From positions 24,552,001 to 24,616,000 of the forward strand of contig OX597814.1 of assembly GCA_951406725.2 (NCBI GenBank): a stretch of DNA of 64,000 nucleotides, read 5' to 3'. This stretch comes from Octopus vulgaris. Its lineage: Eukaryota. This document shows, piece by piece, positions 63,841-64,000 of this stretch; within the stretch, counting starts at the first letter, position 1, and each line of letters begins with the position of its first letter. The notes under the pieces were generated by a model. The model made no database searches, was not told the DNA's origin, and saw nothing but the letters and a program-made list of their open reading frames with translations. The translations under genes were made by a program, and so were the position numbers.

Positions 63841-64000
63841 GGGTGATGATGAGTGTTAAGTGCTCAAACAGAATAGTATCTTTGGAAGAGGAAGATTTGA
63901 GTTGAGGTGATGAAAAATTATATAAAGTTTTACATCTGGTGATAGAGGTGACTTCCATTTCGAACTTAGTACACCCACCCCTTCTTTGTCTATTATGTGC

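Noticed and set aside
1-64000. Prokaryotic system (operon, CRISPR, defence island, phage)
   Set aside because: Coding density is near zero, and SINEs, microsatellites and eukaryotic transposons dominate. No bacterial gene signature is present.

Overview
AT-rich, repeat-dense eukaryotic (metazoan) DNA, not prokaryotic. The mix of tRNA-derived SINEs with (GAT)n or (AAAGT)n tails and the very dense AT/AC/AAT microsatellites strongly resembles coleoid cephalopod (Octopus-like) intergenic or intronic sequence; this taxon call is pattern recognition, not a database hit. I cannot support any intact host protein-coding gene, and almost all ORFs in the track come from microsatellites, SINEs or decayed transposons. 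The main hidden structure is a near-complete fossil Ty3/gypsy LTR retrotransposon (about 24.1-29.8 kb; gag, zinc knuckle, protease, RT, RNase H, integrase, LTR remnants), fragmented by stops, frameshifts and four younger insertions. One insertion is a clean 549-bp non-autonomous Helitron whose removal restores the protease ILGHDF motif. Also present: a DD37D (maT) mariner remnant, two Tc1 remnants (one apparently intron-containing), remnants of R4/Dong, RTE and CR1/L2 LINEs, and at least six SINE-like families with shuffled modules. Other features are an uncharacterised ~535-bp element that always sits in (TAA)n/(GAT)n microsatellites, two closely spaced inverted SINE pairs (candidate dsRNA/ADAR substrates) and a perfect 153-bp duplication of unique DNA inserted into a SINE. 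Family letters A-G are my own labels, and coordinates of degenerate elements are approximate.
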